Shown here one piece after another: positions 1 through 10,138 of a DNA stretch of 64,000 bases. The stretch is from an uncultured Marvinbryantia sp. (lineage in GTDB: Bacteria > Bacillota > Clostridia > Lachnospirales > Lachnospiraceae), in the NCBI GenBank assembly GCA_937915375.1, contig CALDMO010000012.1, positions 3,915-67,914 on the forward strand, read 5' to 3'. Both the position numbers and the translations under genes were made by a program. The stretch's first letter is position 1. Every line of letters begins with the position of its first letter. Below the pieces are notes generated by a model. That model saw only the letters and a program-made list of their open reading frames with translations. It was not told the DNA's origin and made no database searches.

Positions 1-617
1 ATAATTATCTTGAGGAAATGGGAACGCTGATTGAACATGCCATTCAGGAATCAATTTCTGCTCTTATGAAACAAGATAAGGAAGAAGCGGAAAAAACAAT
101 TCGCTATGATAGTGAGATTAATAATAAAGAGCGTGAGATAGAAAATCTCTGTATGAGTCTACTACTCTCTCAGCAGCCGGTAGCAACTGATTTGCGCATG
201 GTTTCCGCAGCGCTTAAGATGGTAACGGATATGGAACGTATTGGTGATCATGCAGCTGATATTGCGGAGTTAACTTTACTGTTGGCAGAAAATGGTGTAC
301 CGACAGATTTGTCTGAGATTGAAAAAATGGCGAAAGAGACGACCTACATGGTAAAGGAAAGTGTAGATGCGTATATTCAGCGTGATACGAACAAGGCTTC
401 CCAGGTAATTAAGTATGATGATGTGGTGGATGATTATTTTGTGAAGATCCGCAAAATGATTATTAAGAGAATTAATGAAAATATCCAGGATGGTGAGCAG
501 GCAGCAGATATATTAATGATTGCAAAATATCTGGAACGGATCGGCGATCATGCAACGAATATTGCGGAGTGGGTATTGTTTTATATTACCGGAGAGCATC
601 TGGAAGAAACGGTATAG
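1..617 (+). CDS. phoU: Phosphate signalling/uptake regulator PhoU (5'-truncated by window edge)
   Basis: Two PhoU repeats (QQPVATDLR...DMERIGDHA; KYLERIGDHATNIAE). The frame is open upstream of the ATG at 18 to the window start. Confidence 0.93.
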   Translation, partial: NYLEEMGTLIEHAIQESISALMKQDKEEAEKTIRYDSEINNKEREIENLCMSLLLSQQPVATDLRMVSAALKMVTDMERIGDHAADIAELTLLLAENGVPTDLSEIEKMAKETTYMVKESVDAYIQRDTNKASQVIKYDDVVDDYFVKIRKMIIKRINENIQDGEQAADILMIAKYLERIGDHATNIAEWVLFYITGEHLEETV

Positions 618-644
618 AAAATCTTAGGGGAATATAGTTTAATG

Positions 645-686
645 AAAGAGCGGCTCTGTCGGTGAAAACTGATAGAACCGCTCTTT
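645..686 (+). terminator. Inverted-repeat terminator after phoU
   Basis: aaagagcggctctgtc...gatagaaccgctcttt hairpin. Confidence 0.65.
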
Positions 687-758
687 CGTTGACAAAGAAT
701 ATGGTTTTTTTTATAATTTTATTTATAAAGTGAACATAAGTAGCGGAGGGATTACAAA

Positions 759-2981
759 ATGGAAAAAGAAGTGCAGTACAAAATTTACAAAAATCCAGGC
801 GGACCGGATATTGGAACAGTGGATGCTAAGGTTTTGGAAGTAGATGGAAAGTATTTCAAGGATCTAGCAGGAACGGGCGAGCTGCTCCCATATGAGGACT
901 GGCGGTTGGATGCGCAGACGAGAGCGGAAGATTTAGCAAAGAGACTTTCGGTAGAAGAAATTGCCGGATTGATGATGTATTCTTCCCACCAGATGGTGCC
1001 TTTTGTACAGGAAGGTCCATTTGGAGCAACCTATGATGGAAAACCATTTCCGGAAAGCGGTAAAGAAAAATGGGCTTTGACTGATCAGCAGAAGAAATTT
1101 CTGGAAGAAGATCATGTGCGTCATGTTTTAGTAATGGGACAGGAAAATGCGGAGATTGCTGCGAAGTGGAATAATCAGATGCAGTATTTTGTAGAGCGGC
1201 AGCCGTGGGGGATTCCGATTAATTTTTCCAGCGATCCGCGCCATGGGGCTGGTTCAGTATCGGCAGAGTTTAAGAGTACGGCGGAAGACGTATCAAAGTG
1301 GCCGGAAGGAATGGGCGTTTCTGCAACATTTGATGTGGATATCTGCAGACAGATGGGAGAGGCGATTTCCAAAGAGTATCGTGCGCTTGGTATCACGACG
1401 GCGCTTTCCCCACAGATTGACTTGGCGACAGAGCCGCGTTGGATGCGTTTTGAGGATACATTCGGAACACATCCGGATATGGTAGCGGATATGGCAAAGA
1501 TGTATTGTGATACGCTGCAGACTACGGAAGATTCTGTGGATGGTTGGGGAGTAAATAGTGTCTGTGCGATGGCGAAGCATTGGCCGGGCGGCGGCCCATG
1601 TGAGGGAGGACGCGATGCGCACTACGCGTTTGGAAAATATGCAGTATATCAGGGAGAAAATTTTGCGGATCATCTGAAACCGTTTGTGAACGGTGCATTT
1701 CAGCTGGATGGTCCGACCAGATGCGCGTCAGCGATCATGCCGTACTATACGGTTTCTTGGAATATTGATCAGAAAGATCATAAAAATGTCGGAAATTCAT
1801 ATAGCCATTATTTAATCAATGATCTGCTGCGTGAAAAGTATGGCTATGATGGTGTAGTATGTACAGATTGGGGAATCACAGGAGATCCTGATCCAAAGCT
1901 CGATTCGTTTGGAAGCAGATGTTTCGGTGTAGAAAATTTGACGGTGGAGGAACGCCATTTTCTGGCCATTGAAAACGGCGTTGATCAGTTCGGTGGAAAT
2001 TCTGATAAGGAACCGATTATAAAGGCATATCAGATAGGATGTGAAAAATACGGAGAACAGGCAATGCGTGCACGGATGGAGATTTCTGCAGTCCGTCTGT
2101 TGAGAAGTATGTTTCGTTGTGGATTGTTTGAAAATCCGTATCTGGATCCGCAAGAGAGTATGCGGATAGTTGGAAATAAGGAACTGTGTGAAGCCGGGTA
2201 TCAGGCACAGCTGAAATCAGTGGTACTGTTGAAAAATAAAAATGTGCTGCCGATTCAGGAAAAGAAAAAAGTGTATATTCCAAATCGAAAGATTAAGTCG
2301 CGCAAGAATTTCTTCCGTGGTATGGATCCGGAAAAAGAAGTAGTTACGATGCCGGATGATCTGCTGGACGGATATTATGAGCGCACGGAAAAAGCGGCGG
2401 ATGCTGATTTTGCGTTGATTTTTATTGAAAGCCCACTGTCTGACGGGTTTTCAGCAGAAGATGAACAGGCAGGCGGCAGCGGATATGTTCCTGTTTCTTT
2501 GCAGTATCGCCCGTATAGAGCGGACACGGCACGTGAAAAGAGTGTGGCTGGCGGAGATTTCAGGGACAAATCTGATAATCGCAGCTATCGGGGCAAGGTG
2601 GGAACGGCAGCCAATGAATCGGATTTGGATTTAATACTCGATGCGAAAAAGACAATGGGTGAAAAGCCGGTGATCGTCTGTATGCGTATGCATAATGCGG
2701 CAGTTATGGCAGAATTTGAACCGTATGCGGATGCGATATTGATTGATTTCGGTGTACAGAAGCAGGCAATTCTTGATATAGTTAGCGGAAAAGCGGAGCC
2801 GTCCGGGCTTCTGCCGATACAATTTCCGGCTAATATGGAGACAGTAGAGGCGCATTGTGAGGATAAACCGTTTGATATGGAGCCATATGTGGATGAACAG
2901 GGACATGCGTATGATTTTGCGTTCGGTATGAACTGGAATGGTGTGATTACAGATGAGAGAATACAGAAATATCGGAAATAA
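759..2981 (+). CDS. Glycoside hydrolase family 3 (beta-glucosidase/xylosidase-like)
   Basis: GH3 motifs SDPRH, KHWPGGG, VCTDWG nucleophile region, SVVLLKN. Confidence 0.92.
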   Translation: MEKEVQYKIYKNPGGPDIGTVDAKVLEVDGKYFKDLAGTGELLPYEDWRLDAQTRAEDLAKRLSVEEIAGLMMYSSHQMVPFVQEGPFGATYDGKPFPESGKEKWALTDQQKKFLEEDHVRHVLVMGQENAEIAAKWNNQMQYFVERQPWGIPINFSSDPRHGAGSVSAEFKSTAEDVSKWPEGMGVSATFDVDICRQMGEAISKEYRALGITTALSPQIDLATEPRWMRFEDTFGTHPDMVADMAKMYCDTLQTTEDSVDGWGVNSVCAMAKHWPGGGPCEGGRDAHYAFGKYAVYQGENFADHLKPFVNGAFQLDGPTRCASAIMPYYTVSWNIDQKDHKNVGNSYSHYLINDLLREKYGYDGVVCTDWGITGDPDPKLDSFGSRCFGVENLTVEERHFLAIENGVDQFGGNSDKEPIIKAYQIGCEKYGEQAMRARMEISAVRLLRSMFRCGLFENPYLDPQESMRIVGNKELCEAGYQAQLKSVVLLKNKNVLPIQEKKKVYIPNRKIKSRKNFFRGMDPEKEVVTMPDDLLDGYYERTEKAADADFALIFIESPLSDGFSAEDEQAGGSGYVPVSLQYRPYRADTAREKSVAGGDFRDKSDNRSYRGKVGTAANESDLDLILDAKKTMGEKPVIVCMRMHNAAVMAEFEPYADAILIDFGVQKQAILDIVSGKAEPSGLLPIQFPANMETVEAHCEDKPFDMEPYVDEQGHAYDFAFGMNWNGVITDERIQKYRK

Positions 2982-2988
2982 GTAAAAA

Positions 2989-3037
2989 AGAATGGACTGA
3001 CGGAAACAAATATTGGTTGTTCCTGTCAGTCCATTCT
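2989..3037. terminator. Bidirectional terminator between convergent GH3 and MATE genes
   Basis: agaatggactgac...gtcagtccattct inverted repeat. Confidence 0.7.
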
Positions 3038-3044
3038 AGGTAAT

Positions 3045-4415
3045 TTATGCTGTTTTTTCGTAATCCTTTGTGATATTATTGAGCCATTTTTTGCTGCGGT
3101 ATCTGCGGATCACCCATGGCCATTTTACAAACTCGTCAGTGCAGAGGAGGAAGTAAACAACCAGATGTGGGAGCTTTAAGACAAATGCAGCGATAAAACC
3201 GAGCGGTACAGCGTAACACCACATATCAATAAGGTCACACTTGAGACCAAACTTGCTGTCGCCGCCTGCACGGAAGATACCGGCGATTAAAGTGGTATTG
3301 ACGGCAGTGCCGAGTACATAGTAGCTGTTAATATAAAGCATGTATTTCAGATAGTGCATGGCCTGTTCTGTTAAGGAGGCATGTTTTATTACAAATGGTG
3401 AAATAAGTAAAACAAAGATTCCGCCGATAATTCCCGCGGCAACAGTCAGCCACAGCAGACGGCTGGCATCTTTTTCTGCACCTTTCATATTGCCGCGTCC
3501 GATTTCTTTTCCAATCCAGATTGTGGAGGCGCTTCCAAGTGCGAAACAGAAGGTGGTTGCGAAGTTTCGGATGACAACGACGATGGAATTTGCCGCAACC
3601 ATGTCGCTGCCCAGGTGACCAAGAATTACGGAGTAGGTCGAAAATGCGACACCCCAAACGAGATCATTTAAAACAGCAGGCATGGATAAGTTGATAAAAT
3701 CTTTAAATAATATTTTGTTGTGGACAAAGATATAGGAAAAACGCATTTTTACATTTTTGGAGCGGGCAGAAACAAACAGACAGCATAGGAGCTGAACGGC
3801 TCTGGAAATACTTGTTGCAAGAGCGACTCCGGCAACCCCCATCTTCGGAGCGCCGAAGATACCGTAGATAAAAACTGCGTTTAATATAACATTTAATCCA
3901 AGTGCGAGTGCGTTTAAAGCGGTACTGATACCGACGCGTTCTACACTTCGCAGCGAGGAAAGATAGACCTCCGAAATACTCCAGAATACATAGCTGAAGC
4001 AGACGATGCGCAAATAGGTGGCTCCGAGTGAAATTAGTTCCGGATCATTTGTAAAAATACACATCAAAGTCGTTGGGAAAAAGAGCGCCAATCCCAGAAA
4101 AGCAGTTGATACCAGAATCGCAAAACGATAGGCAATCCCAGTTGTCAATTCAATTGCATGGACATCTTTTTTACCCCAATACTGTGCTCCGAGCATGGTA
4201 ACACCGGTTCCCAGTCCATAGAAAAACATAAACAGGATATGCGCGTATTGTGAAGCCAGGGACACTGCGGAAATTGCGGATTGTCCGACACTGTTCAGCA
4301 TAATGACATCAGCCGAATTAACGGCTGCGCTGAGCAGATTTTGGATTACGATTGGCATGGTCAGTTTTACGATCTGACCGAAAAATTCTTTTCTTGTGCT
4401 GATTACAGATTCCAT
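3045..4415 (-). CDS. MATE family efflux transporter
   Basis: About 12 hydrophobic segments; MATE motifs (AQYWGKKD, MGVAGVALATSISR, GIFRAGGD). Confidence 0.92.
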   Translation of the reverse strand: MESVISTRKEFFGQIVKLTMPIVIQNLLSAAVNSADVIMLNSVGQSAISAVSLASQYAHILFMFFYGLGTGVTMLGAQYWGKKDVHAIELTTGIAYRFAILVSTAFLGLALFFPTTLMCIFTNDPELISLGATYLRIVCFSYVFWSISEVYLSSLRSVERVGISTALNALALGLNVILNAVFIYGIFGAPKMGVAGVALATSISRAVQLLCCLFVSARSKNVKMRFSYIFVHNKILFKDFINLSMPAVLNDLVWGVAFSTYSVILGHLGSDMVAANSIVVVIRNFATTFCFALGSASTIWIGKEIGRGNMKGAEKDASRLLWLTVAAGIIGGIFVLLISPFVIKHASLTEQAMHYLKYMLYINSYYVLGTAVNTTLIAGIFRAGGDSKFGLKCDLIDMWCYAVPLGFIAAFVLKLPHLVVYFLLCTDEFVKWPWVIRRYRSKKWLNNITKDYEKTA

Positions 4416-4445
4416 AGGAAATACCCCTGATAAATAAAATGTGTT

Positions 4446-5225
4446 TTAGTGGCGCTGTGAAAAATCATCGTAGATTTCACAGAAGCGGGCAGAAAATGAT
4501 GGTTCCAGACCGTTTATCGTCAGGTGTGAAATGTCACCGATCTGAGCGGCGCGGAAATAGGCGATGCCTTTTTGGCGTTCTTCGGTATAGATGGTGGTGA
4601 CAGAGGTTGGCGCCAGCGCAGTTCCGTGCCAGAGGGTAAACGGAGAAACACCTAGAAGATGTGACAGCAGGACGCACTCCAAACCAAAGTGACAGAAGAA
4701 TACCAGTGTATCAGTATTGGCATTTATTGCCTGATAATAGTTGTGATGACGTTTGTAGCCGTGTTTTTCCAGTAAAGCATCAAAATTTTTGATGACATAG
4801 TCGTAGCAGGAAACAAGGTCGCTGTGCGCAGCCATTTCACTTTCACGCCATTTAATGCGATCAAAGTATTCCGGATGTTCTGTCCAGTAATTTGGCAGCA
4901 TATCCCAAGCAATATTGCTGTAAAAGCTGCCGTTTTCGTGCTGTTTGGCGTCCGGATAACCACTTAAAAGAGACTGGCAGCTGCCGTATTCAATATGTGC
5001 CGGAAATTCGCGCATCCAGTCAAAAACAGCATCTTCTGTTCGGCCTGTTTCTTTCAGTGTGCAGGATGCGGTATCGCGCGCCCGTCCGAGAGGAGAAACG
5101 TAAATATTGGTCATTTTAACGGAAGCAAGCCTTTTGGCAAGAAACGTTGCCTCAGTCCAGCCGCGTTCTGTCAGAGTGTCATGTTCATAATCTGGATCAC
5201 CGTGTCGTATAATGATTAATTTCAT
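4446..5225 (-). CDS. Histidine phosphatase family protein
   Basis: RHGDP motif, SPLGRARDTA, FCHFG. Confidence 0.88.
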   Translation of the reverse strand: MKLIIIRHGDPDYEHDTLTERGWTEATFLAKRLASVKMTNIYVSPLGRARDTASCTLKETGRTEDAVFDWMREFPAHIEYGSCQSLLSGYPDAKQHENGSFYSNIAWDMLPNYWTEHPEYFDRIKWRESEMAAHSDLVSCYDYVIKNFDALLEKHGYKRHHNYYQAINANTDTLVFFCHFGLECVLLSHLLGVSPFTLWHGTALAPTSVTTIYTEERQKGIAYFRAAQIGDISHLTINGLEPSFSARFCEIYDDFSQRH

Positions 5226-5391
5226 AAAAAGGTTCCTTTCATTATCGTTTTCAAAGTTGAATTTACTGTAGCATATTTGCCACAGACGGACAATGTATTT
5301 TATTGCGTTTTCTGGAGAAATCGGCTACCTTTTTTGGAAAAGGAATGTTAAAATAAACGAAAATGAAACCATAGTAGAAAAGAGAATGGTA

Positions 5392-6822
5392 ATGCAGCAG
5401 AATTTATATTATAAATTAAAACGGTACAGCGCGTCATCGGCTTATCCGTTCCATATGCCGGGACATAAGCGCAGACTCGGAGCGGTGCCGGAGGCGCGGG
5501 ATATTGATATCACGGAAATTGACGGTTTTGACAATTTACATCATGCAGAAGAAATTTTAAAGGAAGCGCAGGAGCGCGCTGCAAATTTGTATGGTTCGGA
5601 AGAAACCTATTATCTGATTAATGGAAGTACCTGCGGAATTTTGTCGGCAGTTTTTGCGTGTACGAGTCAGCGTGGTAAAATTCTCATGGCAAGAAACTGT
5701 CATAAGGCCGTATATCATGCGGCAGAACTGCGGGAACTGCAGACGGTTTATTTGTATCCGAACATACAGTCAGTTTCTGAAGGGAACGTGCAGATGAATG
5801 GCGTAATCAATCCGCAGGAGGTGCAGCAGGCACTTGCAGAGGATCATACAATAGAGGCGGTACTGATTACTTCTCCAACGTATGAGGGAGTTGTTTCTGA
5901 TGTGGAAAAAATTGCGGGAATCGTGCATTCTTTTGGAAAAATACTGATCGTGGATGAGGCGCATGGCGCGCATTTCGGATTTCATTCGTATTTTCCAGAA
6001 AGCTCGGTGAAGCTGGGAGCAGATCTTGTGATACAGAGTTTACATAAGACATTGCCATCCTTGACACAGACGGCTGTTTTGCATGTAAACGGCAGGCTGG
6101 CTGACCGGGCGCGTGTAAAAAAATATCTCGGTATGTTTCAGACCAGCAGCCCATCATATGTGCTGATGGCGGGAATGGATGAGTGTGTCTGCCTGATGGA
6201 GCAGGAAGGTGCGGAATTATTCGAGGTGTTTGCCAGACGTCTGGAGGAATTTTACAGAAAAACGGAAAAGCTGCGTTATGTTTCTGTGCTGAATGAAGAA
6301 GCAGAAAAGAAAATTAAGCGAGACCGTTCCAAAATCATTGTCAGCGCCGAGGGGCATAGCGGTAAATGGCTTGCAGATGTGCTCAGAAAGAAGTATCAAC
6401 TGGAAGTAGAGATGGAAACAGGTGGTTATGTGGTGCTGTTGACTTCAATTGGGGATACACAGGATGGATTTGATCGACTGATTAAGGCATTAGAAGAGAT
6501 AGATGAGATGTTGGCGGACGAGAATTATTCTGTACAAAGACAGGTTGTTTTTATAAACAACGATATCCGTAATCCGCAGCGAATGACGATCGCGCAGGCA
6601 GATGCTTTAGAAAAGGAAACGATTTTGATAAAAGAGAGTGCCGGAAGGGTAAGCGGTGAGTATCTGTATCTGTATCCACCGGGGATTCCTCTCATTGTAC
6701 CGGGCGAGGAAATGACGCCTGAACTGGTGCGAAAAGCAGGAAAATACCGGCAGATGGGATTGGCGCTGCAGGGTTTGAAAGATTATGAAGCGGAGAGTAT
6801 AGAGGTGTGCGATAATATTTGA
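5392..6822 (+). CDS. PLP-dependent Arg/Lys/Orn decarboxylase (YaaO-like)
   Basis: FHMPGHK, VDEAHGAH, SLHKTLP (PLP lysine), YPPGIP. Start uncertain (5386 or 5392). Confidence 0.9.
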   Translation: MQQNLYYKLKRYSASSAYPFHMPGHKRRLGAVPEARDIDITEIDGFDNLHHAEEILKEAQERAANLYGSEETYYLINGSTCGILSAVFACTSQRGKILMARNCHKAVYHAAELRELQTVYLYPNIQSVSEGNVQMNGVINPQEVQQALAEDHTIEAVLITSPTYEGVVSDVEKIAGIVHSFGKILIVDEAHGAHFGFHSYFPESSVKLGADLVIQSLHKTLPSLTQTAVLHVNGRLADRARVKKYLGMFQTSSPSYVLMAGMDECVCLMEQEGAELFEVFARRLEEFYRKTEKLRYVSVLNEEAEKKIKRDRSKIIVSAEGHSGKWLADVLRKKYQLEVEMETGGYVVLLTSIGDTQDGFDRLIKALEEIDEMLADENYSVQRQVVFINNDIRNPQRMTIAQADALEKETILIKESAGRVSGEYLYLYPPGIPLIVPGEEMTPELVRKAGKYRQMGLALQGLKDYEAESIEVCDNI

Positions 6823-6871
6823 CATTTCCCTTATTTTCAGTGTATGATTGATAAGATAGGAAGTGTTGAAA

Positions 6872-7480
6872 ATGGGCAAAATTTTTTACATGATGGGTAA
6901 GAGTTCCACAGGAAAAGATACCATCTTTAAAGAGATTATGAAGAAGCCGGATTTAGGGCTGAAGAATATGGTGCTGTATACGACGAGACCGATCCGTGAA
7001 AATGAGGAGAATGGTAAAGCGTATTATTTTGTGGATGATACGATTGCTGATCGCTTGCAGGAACAGGGAAAAGTGATTGAGATGCGAGCATATCAGACGA
7101 TACACGGTGTCTGGAAATATTTTACAGTGGATGATGGAAATACAAATCTGGAAAAGTATGATTATCTTTCTATTGGAACGCTGGAATCCTATCTGAAACT
7201 GAAAGAATACTACGGAGAAAAAAAAGTTATTCCGATTTATATTGAGGTGGAAGACGGAAATCGGCTGGAACGTGCGCTGAAACGGGAGCGTAAGCCGCAG
7301 AATCGTAAATTTGAAGAGATGTGCAGGCGTTTTTTGGCGGATTCGGAAGACTTTTCCGAAGAAAATTTGCAGAAGGCCGGTATTGAAAGACGTTTTTATA
7401 ACGACAATGATCGGGAAGAATGTATAAAAGAGGTAGAGGAGTTTATCCGAAGCTGCAAAAGAGAGGAAGTGGAAGAATGA
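6872..7480 (+). CDS. Guanylate kinase-like nucleotide kinase (divergent)
   Basis: P-loop GKSSTGKDT and GK-type YTTRPIRENEENGKAYYFV; lacks the canonical GNYYGT. Confidence 0.8.
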   Translation: MGKIFYMMGKSSTGKDTIFKEIMKKPDLGLKNMVLYTTRPIRENEENGKAYYFVDDTIADRLQEQGKVIEMRAYQTIHGVWKYFTVDDGNTNLEKYDYLSIGTLESYLKLKEYYGEKKVIPIYIEVEDGNRLERALKRERKPQNRKFEEMCRRFLADSEDFSEENLQKAGIERRFYNDNDREECIKEVEEFIRSCKREEVEE

Positions 7481-8469
7481 TCAGATTTAATGAAGTGGTC
7501 GGACATAAGGATGTAGTAGGATATTTTCAGACGGCAATCAAAAGCGGTAAAATATCACATGCCTACATTTTAAATGGAGAAAAGGGATCTGGAAAACATG
7601 TCCTTGCCAGAACTTTTGCAGCGGCACTGAACTGTGAGGGAGAAGAAAGGCCATGCGGAGAATGTCATTCCTGCCGTCAGGCAGAGAGTAAGAATCATCC
7701 GGATATTGTGGAGGTGACGCATGATAAGCCAAACAGTATTGGTGTAGAGGATATTCGAACACAGCTGGTGGATGATGTAACGATTCGTCCTTACAGCAGC
7801 CCTTATAAAGTATATATTGTCAGTGATGCAGAGAAAATGACGCCGCAGGCACAGAATGCTTTGTTGAAAACAATTGAGGAGCCGCCGAAATATGTGGTGA
7901 TCTTGCTTTTAACAACGAATGCGTCTGCACTTCTGCCGACGATTCTGTCAAGATGTGTAATGTTAAATACAAAACCGATCCCTGATGCGGAGGTACGCGA
8001 GTACTTGATGGAGCATGTACAGATTCCCGATTATCAGGCGGATATCTGTGTGGCGTTTGCACAGGGAAATATCGGTAAGGCTGTGCAGCTGGCATCTTCG
8101 GAGAAATTTGGGGAGATTAAGGCAGCGGCTGTCCATCTGCTAACTCATGCGGCAGAAATGGATATTGCGGATATTTCGGCAGCAGTGAAAGCCGTTGCGG
8201 ATTTCAAAGTGGATATCAGGGACTATTTGGATATTCTTGCGGTATGGTATCGTGATGTGTTATATTTTAAGGCGACAAATGATGCAGACGGTATCATTTT
8301 TAAGGAAAATCTGCGTGCAATCCAGGAACAGACCAGAACGATTTCTTATGAGGGAATTGAACAGATTCTGGAGAGTATTCAGAAAGCGAAAGAACGACTG
8401 ACAGCAAATGTAAACTTTGAATTGACGATGGAACTGTTGTTTCTTCGTATTAAAGAGAATGGAGAATAG
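7477..8469 (+). CDS. holB: DNA polymerase III subunit delta'
   Basis: HAYILNGEKGSGK, Zn motif PCGECHSC, AQNALLKTIEEPP, TILSRC. ATG overlaps the upstream stop (ATGA). Confidence 0.93.
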   Translation: MIRFNEVVGHKDVVGYFQTAIKSGKISHAYILNGEKGSGKHVLARTFAAALNCEGEERPCGECHSCRQAESKNHPDIVEVTHDKPNSIGVEDIRTQLVDDVTIRPYSSPYKVYIVSDAEKMTPQAQNALLKTIEEPPKYVVILLLTTNASALLPTILSRCVMLNTKPIPDAEVREYLMEHVQIPDYQADICVAFAQGNIGKAVQLASSEKFGEIKAAAVHLLTHAAEMDIADISAAVKAVADFKVDIRDYLDILAVWYRDVLYFKATNDADGIIFKENLRAIQEQTRTISYEGIEQILESIQKAKERLTANVNFELTMELLFLRIKENGE

Positions 8470-8470
8470 A

Positions 8471-9382
8471 ATGACAAAAATTGTTGGGGTCAGATTCCGT
8501 ACAGCCGGAAAAATTTATTTTTTTGACCCGAAAAATATGGATATCAAACGCGGTGAGCATGTAATTGTGGAAACTGCGAAGGGGGTAGAATACGGGAGAG
8601 TTGTTACCGGTACGCGTGAAGTAGACAGCGATGAGGTAACGCAGCCGTTAAAGCCGGTGATTCGTGTGGCAACTGCCGAGGATGACGAGCGGGTGCGCCG
8701 TAATCACGAAAAGGAAAAAGAAGCGCTGGCGATCTGTCAGGAAAAGGTACGAAAACATAAGCTGGAAATGAAGCTGATCGGCGTGGAATATGCTTTTGAT
8801 AATAATAAGATTCTGTTTTATTTCACTGCGGACGGTCGAATTGATTTTCGTGAATTGGTAAAAGATCTGGCAGCTGTATTTAAAACACGTATTGAGCTGC
8901 GCCAGATCGGTGTCCGGGATGAGACAAAGATTCTGGGAGGAGTTGGCATCTGCGGACGTCCGCTGTGCTGTCACTCGTATTTGTCGGAGTTTCTTCCGGT
9001 ATCGATCAAGATGGCTAAGGAGCAGAATCTGTCGTTGAATCCGACCAAAATATCTGGTGTTTGCGGTAGACTGATGTGCTGTCTGAAAAATGAAGAGGAA
9101 ACGTATGAGTATCTCAACAGTCGTTTACCGAATAACGGTGACTATGTAACGACGGACGACGGTTTTAAAGGTGAGGTCAGCAGTGTAAATGTGCTTCGTC
9201 AGACTGTAAAGGTATTAATCGATGTGGACGATGAAAAAGAACTTAGAGAATACTCGGTGGATCAGTTGAAATTTAAGCCGAAGCGCAGGAAAGAACGCAG
9301 GAAAGACGCAAAGCAGGATAAAGAGTTGGCGCAGCTGGAAGAAATGGAGAAAAAAGAAGGGAAATCAAAGCTGAATGAATAA
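8471..9382 (+). CDS. ricT: PSP1-domain protein RicT/YaaT
   Basis: FYFTADGRIDFRELVKDLA, CGRPLCC, SGVCGRLMCCL; follows holB. Confidence 0.92.
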   Translation: MTKIVGVRFRTAGKIYFFDPKNMDIKRGEHVIVETAKGVEYGRVVTGTREVDSDEVTQPLKPVIRVATAEDDERVRRNHEKEKEALAICQEKVRKHKLEMKLIGVEYAFDNNKILFYFTADGRIDFRELVKDLAAVFKTRIELRQIGVRDETKILGGVGICGRPLCCHSYLSEFLPVSIKMAKEQNLSLNPTKISGVCGRLMCCLKNEEETYEYLNSRLPNNGDYVTTDDGFKGEVSSVNVLRQTVKVLIDVDDEKELREYSVDQLKFKPKRRKERRKDAKQDKELAQLEEMEKKEGKSKLNE

Positions 9383-10112
9383 TGAGCTTAAGCCTGGTGA
9401 ACGGATTGACGAATTGCAGCGAAATGGCTATCAGATCATCCAGAGTAAAGATGGTTTCTGTTTTGGTATGGATGCGGTGCTGTTATCCGGATTTGCACAG
9501 GTAAAGACAGGAGAACGGGCTATCGATCTTGGTACGGGAACCGGCATTATTCCGATTTTGCTGGAAGCGAAGACGGATGGAGAGCATTTCACGGGTTTGG
9601 AAATCCAGAAAACAAGCGCTGATATGGCGAGACGCAGCGTGGCCTTAAATGATTTATCAGAAAAGATTTCCATTGTAGAAGGAGACATAAAGGAGGCCGG
9701 TTCCCTATTCGGAAAGGCCTCTTTTGATGTAGTGACGTCTAATCCGCCGTATATGACGGGAAATCATGGTTTGGTAAATCCAGAACTGCCAAAGGCGATT
9801 GCAAGACATGAGATTCTTTGTACATTGGAAGATGTGATTGGACAGGCAGCAGGTCTTTTGCGGGAGGGCGGACGGTTTTATATGGTACATCGCCCGTTTC
9901 GTCTGGCTGAGATTATGACTTTAATGGTGAAGTGTCGTCTGGAACCGAAGCGGATGAGGCTGGTTTATCCGTTTGTAGATAAGGAGCCGAATATGGTGCT
10001 GATTGAGGGGCTGAAAGGCGGTCGCAGTCGGGTTACAGTGGAAAAACCGTTGATTGTCTATAAAGAACCGGGTGTGTATACAGATGAGATTTATGATGTG
10101 TATGGATATTAA
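9375..10112 (+). CDS. tRNA1(Val) adenine-N6 methyltransferase (YabB-like)
   Basis: FGMDAVLL, DLGTGTG SAM motif, NPPY, IARHE. Confidence 0.88.
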   Translation: MNNELKPGERIDELQRNGYQIIQSKDGFCFGMDAVLLSGFAQVKTGERAIDLGTGTGIIPILLEAKTDGEHFTGLEIQKTSADMARRSVALNDLSEKISIVEGDIKEAGSLFGKASFDVVTSNPPYMTGNHGLVNPELPKAIARHEILCTLEDVIGQAAGLLREGGRFYMVHRPFRLAEIMTLMVKCRLEPKRMRLVYPFVDKEPNMVLIEGLKGGRSRVTVEKPLIVYKEPGVYTDEIYDVYGY

Positions 10113-10138
10113 GAAAGTCGGAAGGGAGTGAGTAGACT

